Assembly: GCA_021818995.1 (NCBI GenBank)
Contig: JAKASP010000001.1
Coordinates: forward strand, 157,381 to 221,380
Direction of reading: 5' to 3'
Source of the DNA: Candidatus Micrarchaeota archaeon
GTDB taxonomy: Archaea; Micrarchaeota; Micrarchaeia; Micrarchaeales; CABMGC01
Length of the DNA stretch: 64,000 nt
Translations under genes and position numbers: made by a program
Shown: positions 52,501 to 60,825 of the stretch, one piece after another
Layout: each line of letters starts with the position of its first letter
Position numbering within the stretch: the first letter of the stretch is position 1
Notes under the pieces: model-generated
Seen by the model: the letters and a program-made list of their open reading frames with translations, nothing else
Told to the model about the DNA's origin: nothing
Database searches by the model: none

Positions 52501-54312
52501 TTAAGGCGACCATATCCTCTTTGGAGGCTGCGAGCCCTGCTGCTTCTTCTGCCTGAGATGCGCGAATTCCCTTTTTATGCTCACGTCGGCGACATAGAGG
52601 AAGATGGCTATCAGTATAAGCAGTTCGACCGCGTTCAGCGGAGATATGAAGATGCTTTCGACAGCAACGCCGTTGTTCTCCACCGCGCTCTCGTGAAGGT
52701 AGAGGTAGCTCATGCTCGCGTTAGCGTATCCGTACGGCACGTTCGGTATGCTCACTATCCCGTTCGGACCCGAATAGAACGAAGCTGTTGTCCCGTTCTT
52801 GAAAGTTACGTTGACTGATGCGTTTACCGGGAACCCGAAGACGCCCGTGGTCTTTATCGTGACATTGTAGATTGGAAGAGGGACCGGCACCGACTCGGGA
52901 GAGTTCTGGGTTATGTTCGTGTTAGCAGCTATCCACACGCCCTTGTAGTAGGCTCCGGAGATCAGCGTCGGCTTGTCGGTGTCAAGGAACGGAGTATCGT
53001 TGACTTGCTGGTTGTTTGCAAGGAACTTTGACACGTTTACACGCTGCCCGTATGCGTTTGTTGCCAGCAGTTCGCTCCTGAACTGCCATATCGCAGTTAT
53101 GTTCGCGGGTCCGGTCACGAGACTCTGGTTGGCGGTTCCGGTTGCGCCTGTGCTCCACCTCATGAACCTAAACTCTTGGCCGTTCCTGAAGAACGACGTG
53201 TTTGTTACACTGAAAGTCACATACGTGCCATTTCCATACCAGCCCGAGCCCGTGACTCTGCCATACGGCGAAAGGACATTAATTAGGTACTGTATCTGCC
53301 AGTTTGCCGTCTCAGTTATGTTGGCTGTCATAAGCAGGTTGACCGTGTTCTGGACCCCGCTGTAGAAGCCGAGTCCGCTGCCTGTCCAGCTTGTGAATGC
53401 TGCGCGGCTCGTTGGCGTGAAGTTCACGAAGAGAGGAGCGTAGATCGCCTGCGGCGAGTACGCCACGTACGTGTTCCTGCTCGATATGTTGGCGTACTGC
53501 GAGTTGACAGTCAGCCTGTATCCAAGATTCCAGAGCCTGGTGTCGTTGTTGGAAGTCGGAAGCCCGGAGCCAACTGCGAAGTAGTTTGTCCTTGTTCCTA
53601 CCTCCTGCACCCCGTATGGGTTGCGCAGGTTCGTCTTGCTGCCCACGCCGTAGTTCACGGTCCCATAGCCGCTCTGCACAGGAAGGAACATATCGTACTT
53701 GTAAGAGGAAAGGTTTGCAAAAATCACCTGGTGCATGTATGTGCTGGCGTTGCTAGTGTTTGCTACCTCGCCTAAGGCGATCGGGGTATACGGGCCCGAG
53801 TCTGATGTTCCGAGGTCTGCGCTCCCTATTGTCTTGTTGTTGAAAGTGAAGTACCAGGTGTTGCCCAGGGAGTAGAAGGCATATGTGTTCACGGTGCCGT
53901 TAGCTCCCGCGGAGCCGTCGGGACCGGTGCTGCCGTAAAAGGTGTCGTTGTTCCCTGGAGTGAAGTACTCGTAGAACCATTCCGCATCTCCTGCCCTGAT
54001 GAACGTGGAGCCAGAACATCCGGAGGCCGTGCAGCTGGTAGTGATGTTGCCTGTTTCGTTAGATATTGTATAGCCTACTTGGAGAAAGGCGCCGTTGGAT
54101 AGCGTCTCGCCCACCCAGAACGCCATGGCCCCGGAGACCAGGTTCTGCGGGGTTATTGTTTGTATCTGCACGCTGGCCCCGTTGTTTTGGTCTGAGTTGC
54201 CTACGGCCCTCGCGCCGCTCTGGAACCAGTACTCGGCGCTTGCTGTGCTTGCCATCGCCAGGAACAGTATAAGCGCAAAAGCCACGAATGGCTCATATCT
54301 TCTCATTGTCAA
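52501..54312 (-). CDS. large surface glycoprotein candidate (signal peptide plus C-terminal TM anchor)
   Basis: 603 aa. The N-terminal signal is FVAFALILFLAMASTASA, there are more than 20 N-x-S/T sequons, and the C-terminal helix LLILIAIFLYVADV is followed by a basic tail. Confidence 0.6.
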   Translation of the reverse strand: MTMRRYEPFVAFALILFLAMASTASAEYWFQSGARAVGNSDQNNGASVQIQTITPQNLVSGAMAFWVGETLSNGAFLQVGYTISNETGNITTSCTASGCSGSTFIRAGDAEWFYEYFTPGNNDTFYGSTGPDGSAGANGTVNTYAFYSLGNTWYFTFNNKTIGSADLGTSDSGPYTPIALGEVANTSNASTYMHQVIFANLSSYKYDMFLPVQSGYGTVNYGVGSKTNLRNPYGVQEVGTRTNYFAVGSGLPTSNNDTRLWNLGYRLTVNSQYANISSRNTYVAYSPQAIYAPLFVNFTPTSRAAFTSWTGSGLGFYSGVQNTVNLLMTANITETANWQIQYLINVLSPYGRVTGSGWYGNGTYVTFSVTNTSFFRNGQEFRFMRWSTGATGTANQSLVTGPANITAIWQFRSELLATNAYGQRVNVSKFLANNQQVNDTPFLDTDKPTLISGAYYKGVWIAANTNITQNSPESVPVPLPIYNVTIKTTGVFGFPVNASVNVTFKNGTTASFYSGPNGIVSIPNVPYGYANASMSYLYLHESAVENNGVAVESIFISPLNAVELLILIAIFLYVADVSIKREFAHLRQKKQQGSQPPKRIWSP

Positions 54313-55105
54313 GTCCTATTTCGTTTAACTTCTTAATTGTTTCCTCTTTCATGATCGAGCTGAGGCTCTTCCAGTCTATCACCGCAAGCTCGGGCTTCGG
54401 CTCCGACCTATCTAGCGCCTGCTCGAGCACGTCGAGGTTGCTGCTCCCATCCTCGTTGAGTATAGCATACTTCGGCATTATGTGAGAGAAGGCATAGCCC
54501 TTTGAAACGGCAAGCTCGGAGAATTTTTGCGGGTAGTGGTTGCTTCCTATGCCCACCGCGACTTTCTGGTAGTCCACCTCTTCGTTGGCCATATCTGTCA
54601 CCGCGGCAAATGCGGCCTTTGCTACCGTTGCGGCAGCGGTTTTGTCACCAATCATCCTATCGCTTCCCCCAAGCTCCACGAAAAGCGAAGGGGTTTTGAG
54701 CAGTGGGCCGTGGTGCGTTGCCTCGTAGGTTTTGTCGACGCTGGGCGCCGTGTCTCTGATCTTTATTAGCGCGGAGAGCATAAGCAGAGGAGAAGCGGCA
54801 GAAAGCTGCTTTGGTTTTCCCCCGAAATCGGCACTGGGCCTCCAGTTGCCGAGCGAGTGCGTTGTGAAGGCATCGACGTCCGCCTCGCTCTTGTGCCTGC
54901 TCAAGAACAGGAGATGGTCGCACTCGAAACCATCCGCCATATCTGCTTGGAATGGGAGCGTGTCGACCTCGTAGATGCTTGCGGCTTCACCCCTGTACCT
55001 CAGGTTCTTTTCGTTTTCAACGGCCTCGAACTCATAGGATTTCGCTATGAATTCAGCCATGTTGGTTCCTGCCGCATCAAGCTTGGAATACACTATTCCT
55101 ATCAT
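54293..55105 (-). CDS. dtdA: D-aminoacyl-tRNA deacylase, archaeal type (DtdA)
   Basis: MIGIVYSKLDAAGTNMAEF, FLSRHKSE, FTTHSLGNW, GGKP, ATHHGP and FVELGGS occur in the order expected for the archaeal tRNA_deacylase family. The ORF-track start at 55138 is TTG, so the ATG at 55105 is preferred. Confidence 0.8.
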   Translation of the reverse strand: MIGIVYSKLDAAGTNMAEFIAKSYEFEAVENEKNLRYRGEAASIYEVDTLPFQADMADGFECDHLLFLSRHKSEADVDAFTTHSLGNWRPSADFGGKPKQLSAASPLLMLSALIKIRDTAPSVDKTYEATHHGPLLKTPSLFVELGGSDRMIGDKTAAATVAKAAFAAVTDMANEEVDYQKVAVGIGSNHYPQKFSELAVSKGYAFSHIMPKYAILNEDGSSNLDVLEQALDRSEPKPELAVIDWKSLSSIMKEETIKKLNEIGLDNEKI

Positions 55106-55180
55106 CGAACCACGCACATGACGTTGAAAACTGTACAAATGATTAAATAAGGGGAAAGTTATATTGTTAGCAGTAAGCGT

Positions 55181-55504
55181 ATGGAGGCCAAGACTTTGCT
55201 GAGAAAGGCGAAGGATGTGGCAGTCGATGCCGCAATCCCGGCGTTAGCCGCCGCTACGCAATACGACCTAGGAGATCTGGCACACTTCAACATTCTTCTG
55301 AAGCTCGGCAGCGCCGCGGCCTTGGGAGTTGTCGCTGGACAGCTTGAGGCATGGAAGATGAAGAGCGAGATTGCGAAGCTCAAGAGAGATAGCAACCGCG
55401 ATGCCCCCGCAAGCAGGCACGACATTGGCGAGGATTACGACAAGCGCTGGAGTCTTGGTTTCGGACACGGTGCGTGGAGTTCCCAGTTTGGGCTTGGGTT
55501 CTGA
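55181..55504 (+). CDS. hypothetical small protein
   Basis: 107-aa ORF that is Ala/Gly-rich. A competing antisense ORF exists, so the support is weak. Confidence 0.35.
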   Translation: MEAKTLLRKAKDVAVDAAIPALAAATQYDLGDLAHFNILLKLGSAAALGVVAGQLEAWKMKSEIAKLKRDSNRDAPASRHDIGEDYDKRWSLGFGHGAWSSQFGLGF

Positions 55505-55619
55505 TTTTTGCCGCGCCTGTTTGACGGCGTAGAAAAGGGCCCGCGTGATGATATTTTCCTGAAGGCGACGAATAGCTTATATAAGCATATATGTCAATAG
55601 CTATTGCAAGGGGGCTAAG

Positions 55620-56366
55620 ATGTCTTTTGAGCTAAAGCTAGATAACGCAAGGTACTGGAGAGACTGCGTGGAAGCGATTGTCAGTCTCGTTGATGAGGGA
55701 ACGTTCAGCATAAGCAAGGAAGGTATAGGACTGAAGGCGATGGACCCCTCTGGAATAAGCATGATCTCATTCTTCATGCCGAGCAAGGCGTTCTCCAAGT
55801 ACGAGATAGAGAAGAGCATGGACATCGGCTTGAACATAGACAACCTCAGCAAGATAATGTCAAGGACAAGGGACGACGAGGCCCTTGTGATAAAGGACGC
55901 GGACGGCAAGCTGCTGCTCGAGTTCGTTGGTGCGAAGAGTAGGAGGAGGTACAGGCTGCACCTCATAGATGTGAGGAAGAAGGATGACAAGGAGCCGAAG
56001 GTCGAGTTCGACGCCCAGATAGAGGTAGACGGAGAGCATCTGAAGAACGCGCTCAAGGACGCGTCGCTGATCTCATCTTACATAGCGTTCAAGGCCGGCA
56101 AGGGCCACTTCACGATAAGCGCGAAGGGCGATTCCGGAGATCTTGAGGAGCTGAACGAGGTCGACGGCGCAGGTATAAAGAAGCTCGACGCGAGCAAGGA
56201 CGCAGAATCTGTATTCAACCTGGAGTTCCTTGAGAACATGGTGCGCTCGAGCCCGATGGGCAACGCCATCAAGCTCTCGATAAAGAGCGACCAGCCGCTC
56301 AGGCTGACGTACAACATCGGCGACGCTGCGGTGACGTACTTCCTCGCCCCCTACGTCGAGGAGTAG
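55620..56366 (+). CDS. pcn: DNA polymerase sliding clamp PCNA
   Basis: 248 aa with two similar halves. The N-terminal FELKLDNARYWRDCVEAIVSLVDEGTFSISKEGIGLKAMDPS pattern and the size are typical. GGGGC precedes the ATG. Confidence 0.9.
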   Translation: MSFELKLDNARYWRDCVEAIVSLVDEGTFSISKEGIGLKAMDPSGISMISFFMPSKAFSKYEIEKSMDIGLNIDNLSKIMSRTRDDEALVIKDADGKLLLEFVGAKSRRRYRLHLIDVRKKDDKEPKVEFDAQIEVDGEHLKNALKDASLISSYIAFKAGKGHFTISAKGDSGDLEELNEVDGAGIKKLDASKDAESVFNLEFLENMVRSSPMGNAIKLSIKSDQPLRLTYNIGDAAVTYFLAPYVEE

Positions 56367-56368
56367 GA

Positions 56369-56824
56369 CTAGTTTCTAGGTTTAAGTAGCGACGCTAGCT
56401 CGTGCGCTGCAGCTCTGAACTCGTCTTCCTCGGGTCTGCTATCGTACTTGACAGCAAGCAGGCTCTCGGCTTCAGGCCAGAGACCAGGGTTCAACTTCAC
56501 ATGGTCGCTCAGCATATCGAACCAGATCTGTCCGGAGTAAATCCAATGGCCCGCGAGCGCACGCTCTAAAGGTTCAGACCACGGTCCTTTTCCTATTCTT
56601 GTATCAAAATTGAAGCCTCCGAAAACATCAGGGTGCTTCCTGCTCACCTCATAGAATGCTTTGTGAATCTCGCCATGACTGGCGTGAAATTCGGTTAGTT
56701 TTTCTTGCTCCCTCACAAGGCCCAGCAGTATCGTGACTCTTTCGCTCGGATGCTTCGCCGCAAGCAGTTTGGCTTCAAGAACGTTCGCCTCTCGCTCCGT
56801 CAGCTTCCTATTTAGCGACACCAT
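56369..56824 (-). CDS. hypothetical protein
   Basis: The ATG at 56824 (MVSLNRKLTE...) avoids overlap with the divergent priL. The ORF-track start at 56914 would overlap it. No family recognised. Confidence 0.5.
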   Translation of the reverse strand: MVSLNRKLTEREANVLEAKLLAAKHPSERVTILLGLVREQEKLTEFHASHGEIHKAFYEVSRKHPDVFGGFNFDTRIGKGPWSEPLERALAGHWIYSGQIWFDMLSDHVKLNPGLWPEAESLLAVKYDSRPEEDEFRAAAHELASLLKPRN

Positions 56825-56883
56825 AGTCTGCCCCCGGTCTACATCAAATCGGAGTTTTATATTACTTCGTGTCAAGAGTAAGC

Positions 56884-57807
56884 ATGGTATCAGAATCGGT
56901 TCTCGACTTTGCATACAAGTATCCTTTTTCTACTGAGGCGAAGGAGGTAGTGGCAGAGCTTGGCGCAACGTCGGTAAACCAGCAGTACCTGCAGGAAGGT
57001 GTTTCTAGGCTCGGCAGCGTCTTCAAGACCGGCAGGGTGGCTCACGAAAGGGCGCGGGGAATAACCGGGGTGAAGATAAGATACATAATGGGCTACGCGT
57101 ACGCGCGCATGCTGGTCAGCGCGATGGGCGATGGTTACTCGATTTCAAGGTTTGCTGCTGCCGAAGCGGATGCGGCTACGGAATTCTTTGCGCTTAACCT
57201 TGATGACATGATCAAGGTGGGCAACGAGATGGGCCTCGGGATAGAGAGGGAGAAGGAGGACTTCATCGTGGGCTTCGAGGCCTTCGTGTCTGTGCCGAAG
57301 AGGGATCAGGCCATGAGGCTGATAAACCAGCGCGTATCGAACGGAAAGGTGCGCATGAACGTAAGGCAGCTTCTGGAACTAGTAAAGGGTTCGGTCGAGA
57401 AGGGTATTGGTGGGAGCCTGCCGATAGACAGGAAGAAGCTTCCGAAGGAAGTGATAGATGCTGCGAAATCACTGAAGCCGCAGGAAAGAAGAGTGCCGCT
57501 TAGCGCGCGCGCAGGTTCCTACGCTTGGATAGAGAAGCTGCTCGAAACGCCGATAGCTGATGTCAGGCACAGATCAGTCAACCTCATCTTCGCTCCATAC
57601 CTTGTGAACGTCAAGGGCCTCGATGAGGAGAGCGCGGCGAAGGTGATAATAGATTACATCGAAAGGTGCAAGATGATAAACCCTAACACGAAAATCAACG
57701 AATCGTACATAAGGTACCAGTGCAAGTACGCCAAGAACAAGGGCATGAGGCCCCTTTCCATGGCAAAGGCAAAGGACCTGCTAAAGGAGGTCGCGGAATT
57801 CGAGTGA
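56884..57807 (+). CDS. priL: DNA primase large subunit PriL (Fe-S ligands apparently absent)
   Basis: The N-terminus has YPFSTEAKEVV...MGYAYARMLVSA...RFAAAEA. The C-terminal VRHRSVNLIFAPYLVNVKGLDEESA...YIRYQCKYAKNKGMRPLSMAK parallels the eukaryotic/archaeal PriL-CTD pattern H.GR.QLGLFLKGIGLSLEEA...Y.IRH.YG..G....Y.P.SC. The ATG at 56884 follows ttttatatta. Confidence 0.72.
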   Translation: MVSESVLDFAYKYPFSTEAKEVVAELGATSVNQQYLQEGVSRLGSVFKTGRVAHERARGITGVKIRYIMGYAYARMLVSAMGDGYSISRFAAAEADAATEFFALNLDDMIKVGNEMGLGIEREKEDFIVGFEAFVSVPKRDQAMRLINQRVSNGKVRMNVRQLLELVKGSVEKGIGGSLPIDRKKLPKEVIDAAKSLKPQERRVPLSARAGSYAWIEKLLETPIADVRHRSVNLIFAPYLVNVKGLDEESAAKVIIDYIERCKMINPNTKINESYIRYQCKYAKNKGMRPLSMAKAKDLLKEVAEFE

Positions 57808-57811
57808 GTTT

Positions 57812-57970
57812 ATGGAATTCAGGAAATCGCTTGGCATGTGCCACATCTGCGGCAGGCTTGCCTCGCACACGTGCGCAAATTGCGGGAAGCTGGCGTGCGA
57901 CAAGGACTTCGACCAGCGAGTGGGCATCTGCATGGCGTGCAGGCGCGGGCGTGTAGTGAACAAAAGTTAA
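57812..57970 (+). CDS. 7-Cys mini-protein (52 aa, hand-translated)
   Basis: Translation is MEFRKSLGMCHICGRLASHTCANCGKLACDKDFDQRVGICMACRRGRVVNKS. It starts 5 nt after the priL stop and contains CxxC-x7-CxxC-x4-C-x10-CxxC. It falls below the ORF-track cutoff. Confidence 0.45.
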   Translation: MEFRKSLGMCHICGRLASHTCANCGKLACDKDFDQRVGICMACRRGRVVNKS

Positions 57971-58263
57971 TCGATCTTGAAGTCTCCGGCGCTTGTGCCC
58001 TTTGGAAACGCCTTTCCGTTCGGCGCCTCAACCGGAAGACCAATCTCCTCAGAAATCTTTGCCAGCTCTGCCAGCTCTATTATCCTATCTGTGAAGAGCT
58101 CAAGGTACTCGATGTTTCCGATCTTTGCCTTCTTTACAGTGAAGGTTATCTGCTGGAACATACCACTGCGGCTGACGCGCAGCTTCGTGCCACCTTGTCT
58201 CAATACGCCCTGCGCCTTTTCTGAAAGTTTCAAACCATCGCCTGTATCGTTGGAAAATACCAT
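57967..58263 (-). CDS. hypothetical small protein
   Basis: 98-aa ORF, convergent with the mini-protein (the stops overlap in ttaa). It is more protein-like than the plus-strand ORFs 57838-58224 and 57977-58282. Confidence 0.45.
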   Translation of the reverse strand: MVFSNDTGDGLKLSEKAQGVLRQGGTKLRVSRSGMFQQITFTVKKAKIGNIEYLELFTDRIIELAELAKISEEIGLPVEAPNGKAFPKGTSAGDFKID

Positions 58264-58298
58264 ACAAATATTAACATTTTGAGTTCATTAACTATTCG

Positions 58299-58655
58299 AT
58301 GGCCGACCAATACCTTCAGTTGCTGGTTTTTGTCATAATAGCCGCGCTGATTCCCATCTCTATGCTCATTTTTTCGATGATGGTCAGACCCAGAAGCGAC
58401 GAGAACAAGGTAAAGAAGCTCGTGTATGAGAGCGCGGAGGAGAGCGTCGGGCAGAAGGTAGAGATAATGCACGAGTACCTGCACTATTTCATAGCGTTTC
58501 TGGCCTTTGAGATAATAGGAGTGATCGTTCTCATATGGTCGACGTTCGCACGGGCGGCGCAGAGTTCGAGCGGATTCTATGTTGTGCTTCTCCTAATATT
58601 CGGTTTCGTGTTTGAGGTTTTCCTGCTTGGAATAAGCAGGAGCAAGGTTGATTAG
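58299..58655 (+). CDS. nuoA: NADH-quinone oxidoreductase subunit A
   Basis: 118 aa with three TM helices. It has the conserved-loop-like KLVYESAEE and YLHYFIAFLAFEI, and is the first gene of the nuo cluster. Confidence 0.8.
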   Translation: MADQYLQLLVFVIIAALIPISMLIFSMMVRPRSDENKVKKLVYESAEESVGQKVEIMHEYLHYFIAFLAFEIIGVIVLIWSTFARAAQSSSGFYVVLLLIFGFVFEVFLLGISRSKVD

Positions 58656-58796
58656 ATGGAGATTCTGGAGTGTGGATGCAGGGTGGAAGGCGGTGCTTTC
58701 ATCGTAGGGGACAACTGCGCGTACTGCAAAGAGTGCAACGCTGTTGCGGAGATGCACCCCTTCGGAGACAAACGGCTGAAGGATTTCTTGGAGTGA
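58656..58796 (+). CDS. Cys-rich micro-ORF between nuoA and nuoB (46 aa, hand-translated)
   Basis: The ATG directly abuts the nuoA stop. Translation is MEILECGCRVEGGAFIVGDNCAYCKECNAVAEMHPFGDKRLKDFLE (CxC...CxxCxxC). Coding status is unproven. Confidence 0.35.
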   Translation: MEILECGCRVEGGAFIVGDNCAYCKECNAVAEMHPFGDKRLKDFLE

Positions 58797-58854
58797 TCGA
58801 ATAGAAGAAGTTGCGCCTTACGACAGGGAGAGGTTCCTCAACGCAGAGGAGGAG

Positions 58855-59373
58855 ATGAGCAAGCTTGTCAAGGCGTCGATGGAAAAATACGAGACTAAGC
58901 CGAACGTGATGTTCGCTAAGCTCTCCGAGGTCACGAAGGCGATGTCGAAGGGGCTGATAGAGTGGTCCAGGGTGAGGTCGCTCTGGCCGCTGCAGTTCGG
59001 ACTCTCGTGCTGCGCGATGGAGCTGATGGACTTCGGCTCCGCGAGAATCGACGCGGAGCGCCGCGGGTATCTCTTCTTCAGGGCCACGCCGAGGCAGGCG
59101 GACGTGATGGTTGTAGCTGGCTGGGTGACAAAATCGATGGTGCCTGAGATAAAGAGGCTGTACGAACAGATGCTAAAGCCAAGGTATGTGATAGCGTTTG
59201 GTGAGTGCGCCACGTGCGGGGGGCCGTGGTGGGAGAGCTACAACATAATCAAGGGCATAGACCAGGTGCTGCCTGTTGATGTTTACGTTGTTGGCTGCCC
59301 GCCGAAGCCAGAGAACCTGTACGCAGGGTTCATCAAACTGCAGAAGAAGATCGGTGGTGAGATTGAAGATTGA
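58855..59373 (+). CDS. nuoB: NADH-quinone oxidoreductase subunit B
   Basis: WPLQFGLSCCAMEL, TPRQADVMVVAG, GECATCGGPW and GCPP carry the N2 cluster ligands. GGAGGAG precedes the ATG. Confidence 0.95.
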   Translation: MSKLVKASMEKYETKPNVMFAKLSEVTKAMSKGLIEWSRVRSLWPLQFGLSCCAMELMDFGSARIDAERRGYLFFRATPRQADVMVVAGWVTKSMVPEIKRLYEQMLKPRYVIAFGECATCGGPWWESYNIIKGIDQVLPVDVYVVGCPPKPENLYAGFIKLQKKIGGEIED

Positions 59374-59737
59374 GAGAAGCGGGCTTGTGCAGGGCGCGAG
59401 GGACTTGAAGACCCGCGGCTATTCCTATCTTGTCAAGATCACTGCCGTCGACTACGAGAAGTACCTAGAAGTCATATACACGGTGAGGAATCTCTCTGAG
59501 AGGAAGGATGAAACCCTTGAGGTTGAGATAGACCCAGCAGACGCGTGGGTTCCTACGGTTATGGGCGAATTCAGGGCCGCGGACTGGTACGAGCGCGAGC
59601 TGTTCGAGATGTTCGGCATACAGGTTAAAGGGCGAAACGTTGAGCGCCTGCTGCTCGAGAAGTGGAACGGCAAGGCAGCGCCGCTAAGGAAGAACTTCAC
59701 GTGGAACGCGCCCTACGAGACAAGTGACAACCAATGA
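59357..59737 (+). CDS. nuoC: NADH-quinone oxidoreductase subunit C
   Basis: ITAVDY...LEVIYTVRN...FRAADWYERELFEMFGIQVKG is the NuoC/30-kDa signature. The GTG at 59357 (or TTG at 59363) overlaps the nuoB end by a few codons. The ORF-track start at 59276 would overlap nuoB by about 100 nt. Confidence 0.85.
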   Translation: MRLKIERSGLVQGARDLKTRGYSYLVKITAVDYEKYLEVIYTVRNLSERKDETLEVEIDPADAWVPTVMGEFRAADWYERELFEMFGIQVKGRNVERLLLEKWNGKAAPLRKNFTWNAPYETSDNQ

Positions 59738-60825
59738 CCACGCGCATCAACATAGGACCTGTACACCCGAGCACGCACGGAGTGCTGAGGCTTGTAGCTG
59801 ACATAGACGGCGATACTGTAGTGAACCTCGAGCCGCACATCGGCTTCCTCCACAGGGGAGTGGAGAAGCTAGTTGAAACCAGAATGTACATGCAGAGCCC
59901 TCCGTACATGGAGAAGCTTGACTACGTCGCGCCCATGTCCTACGACGAGGCGTATGTAGCTACGGTCGAGCAGGCGATGGGCGTGGAGGTGAAGGAGCGC
60001 GCGATGTGGGTGCGCACCGCGCTGCTCGAACTGCAGAGGATAGCGAGCCATCTGCTCTGGCTTGGAACTATGGCGAACGATGTCGGCCAGTTCTTCACGC
60101 TGTTCATGTGGTGCTTCAAGGACAGGGACCTTGTCCTGCGCCTGCTCGAGGAAGCGTCAGGAGCCAGGATGTTCTACGTAAACATGAGGATAGGAGGGCT
60201 CATCAGGGACCTGCCGCCAGGATTTGAGGACAGGGCCAGGGAGGCGCTCGACTACATCGAGAAGCGAGTGAAGGAGTACGAGGACTTCCTTGAGAAGAAC
60301 CCGCTCTTCATGGAGAGAATGAAAGGGGTAGGAGTCATGGACAGGGACATGGCGATATCGCTGGGGGTTACGGGACCTGTGCTCCGCGGCTCCGGGGTGA
60401 GCTACGACGTGAGGAAGGACATCCCCTATTACGTGTACGACAAGCTGAACTTCGAGGCGCAGGTCAGGAGCGAGGGCGACTGCTTCGCCAGGTACAAGGT
60501 AAGGATGCTGGAACTGCGCGAGAGCATAAAGCTGGTCAGGAACGCGCTTTCGAAAATGCCCGCGGGTGATGCGCTTGGTATGCAGGTCAGGCTCATACTA
60601 CCAAGCGCTAAGAACAGGGAGGTGCGCGTGAGCAGAGAACTTCCAAGAGGTGAGTGTATGATGTACATGGTTGCGGACCCGCAAAGGCCGTACCGGCTCT
60701 CGATAAGGTCCCCTACGTTCATCAACCTTGCCGCCCTGGGTGAGATATCGAAGGGGTGCAAGACCGCAGACATATTCGCCATACTCGGAAGCTTGGATGT
60801 TGTGATGGGAGATGCCGACAGATAG
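59734..60825 (+). CDS. nuoD: NADH-quinone oxidoreductase subunit D
   Basis: INIGPVHPSTHGVLRL, GFLHRGVEKL, a LERIASHLLWLG-like segment, and a C-terminal DVVMGDADR. Confidence 0.95.
   Translation: MTTRINIGPVHPSTHGVLRLVADIDGDTVVNLEPHIGFLHRGVEKLVETRMYMQSPPYMEKLDYVAPMSYDEAYVATVEQAMGVEVKERAMWVRTALLELQRIASHLLWLGTMANDVGQFFTLFMWCFKDRDLVLRLLEEASGARMFYVNMRIGGLIRDLPPGFEDRAREALDYIEKRVKEYEDFLEKNPLFMERMKGVGVMDRDMAISLGVTGPVLRGSGVSYDVRKDIPYYVYDKLNFEAQVRSEGDCFARYKVRMLELRESIKLVRNALSKMPAGDALGMQVRLILPSAKNREVRVSRELPRGECMMYMVADPQRPYRLSIRSPTFINLAALGEISKGCKTADIFAILGSLDVVMGDADR

Noticed and set aside
55540-55580. C/D-box sRNA-like motifs (GTGATGA followed by CTGA) upstream of pcn
   Set aside because: Only one C-like and one D-like box lie 7 nt apart. 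There is no C'/D pair, no terminal stem and no guide-length spacer.
57838-58224. 128-aa plus-strand ORF after priL
   Set aside because: It is out of frame with the Cys-rich mini-ORF and antisense to the more protein-like 57967-58263 ORF. Its composition is Arg/Leu/Cys-biased.
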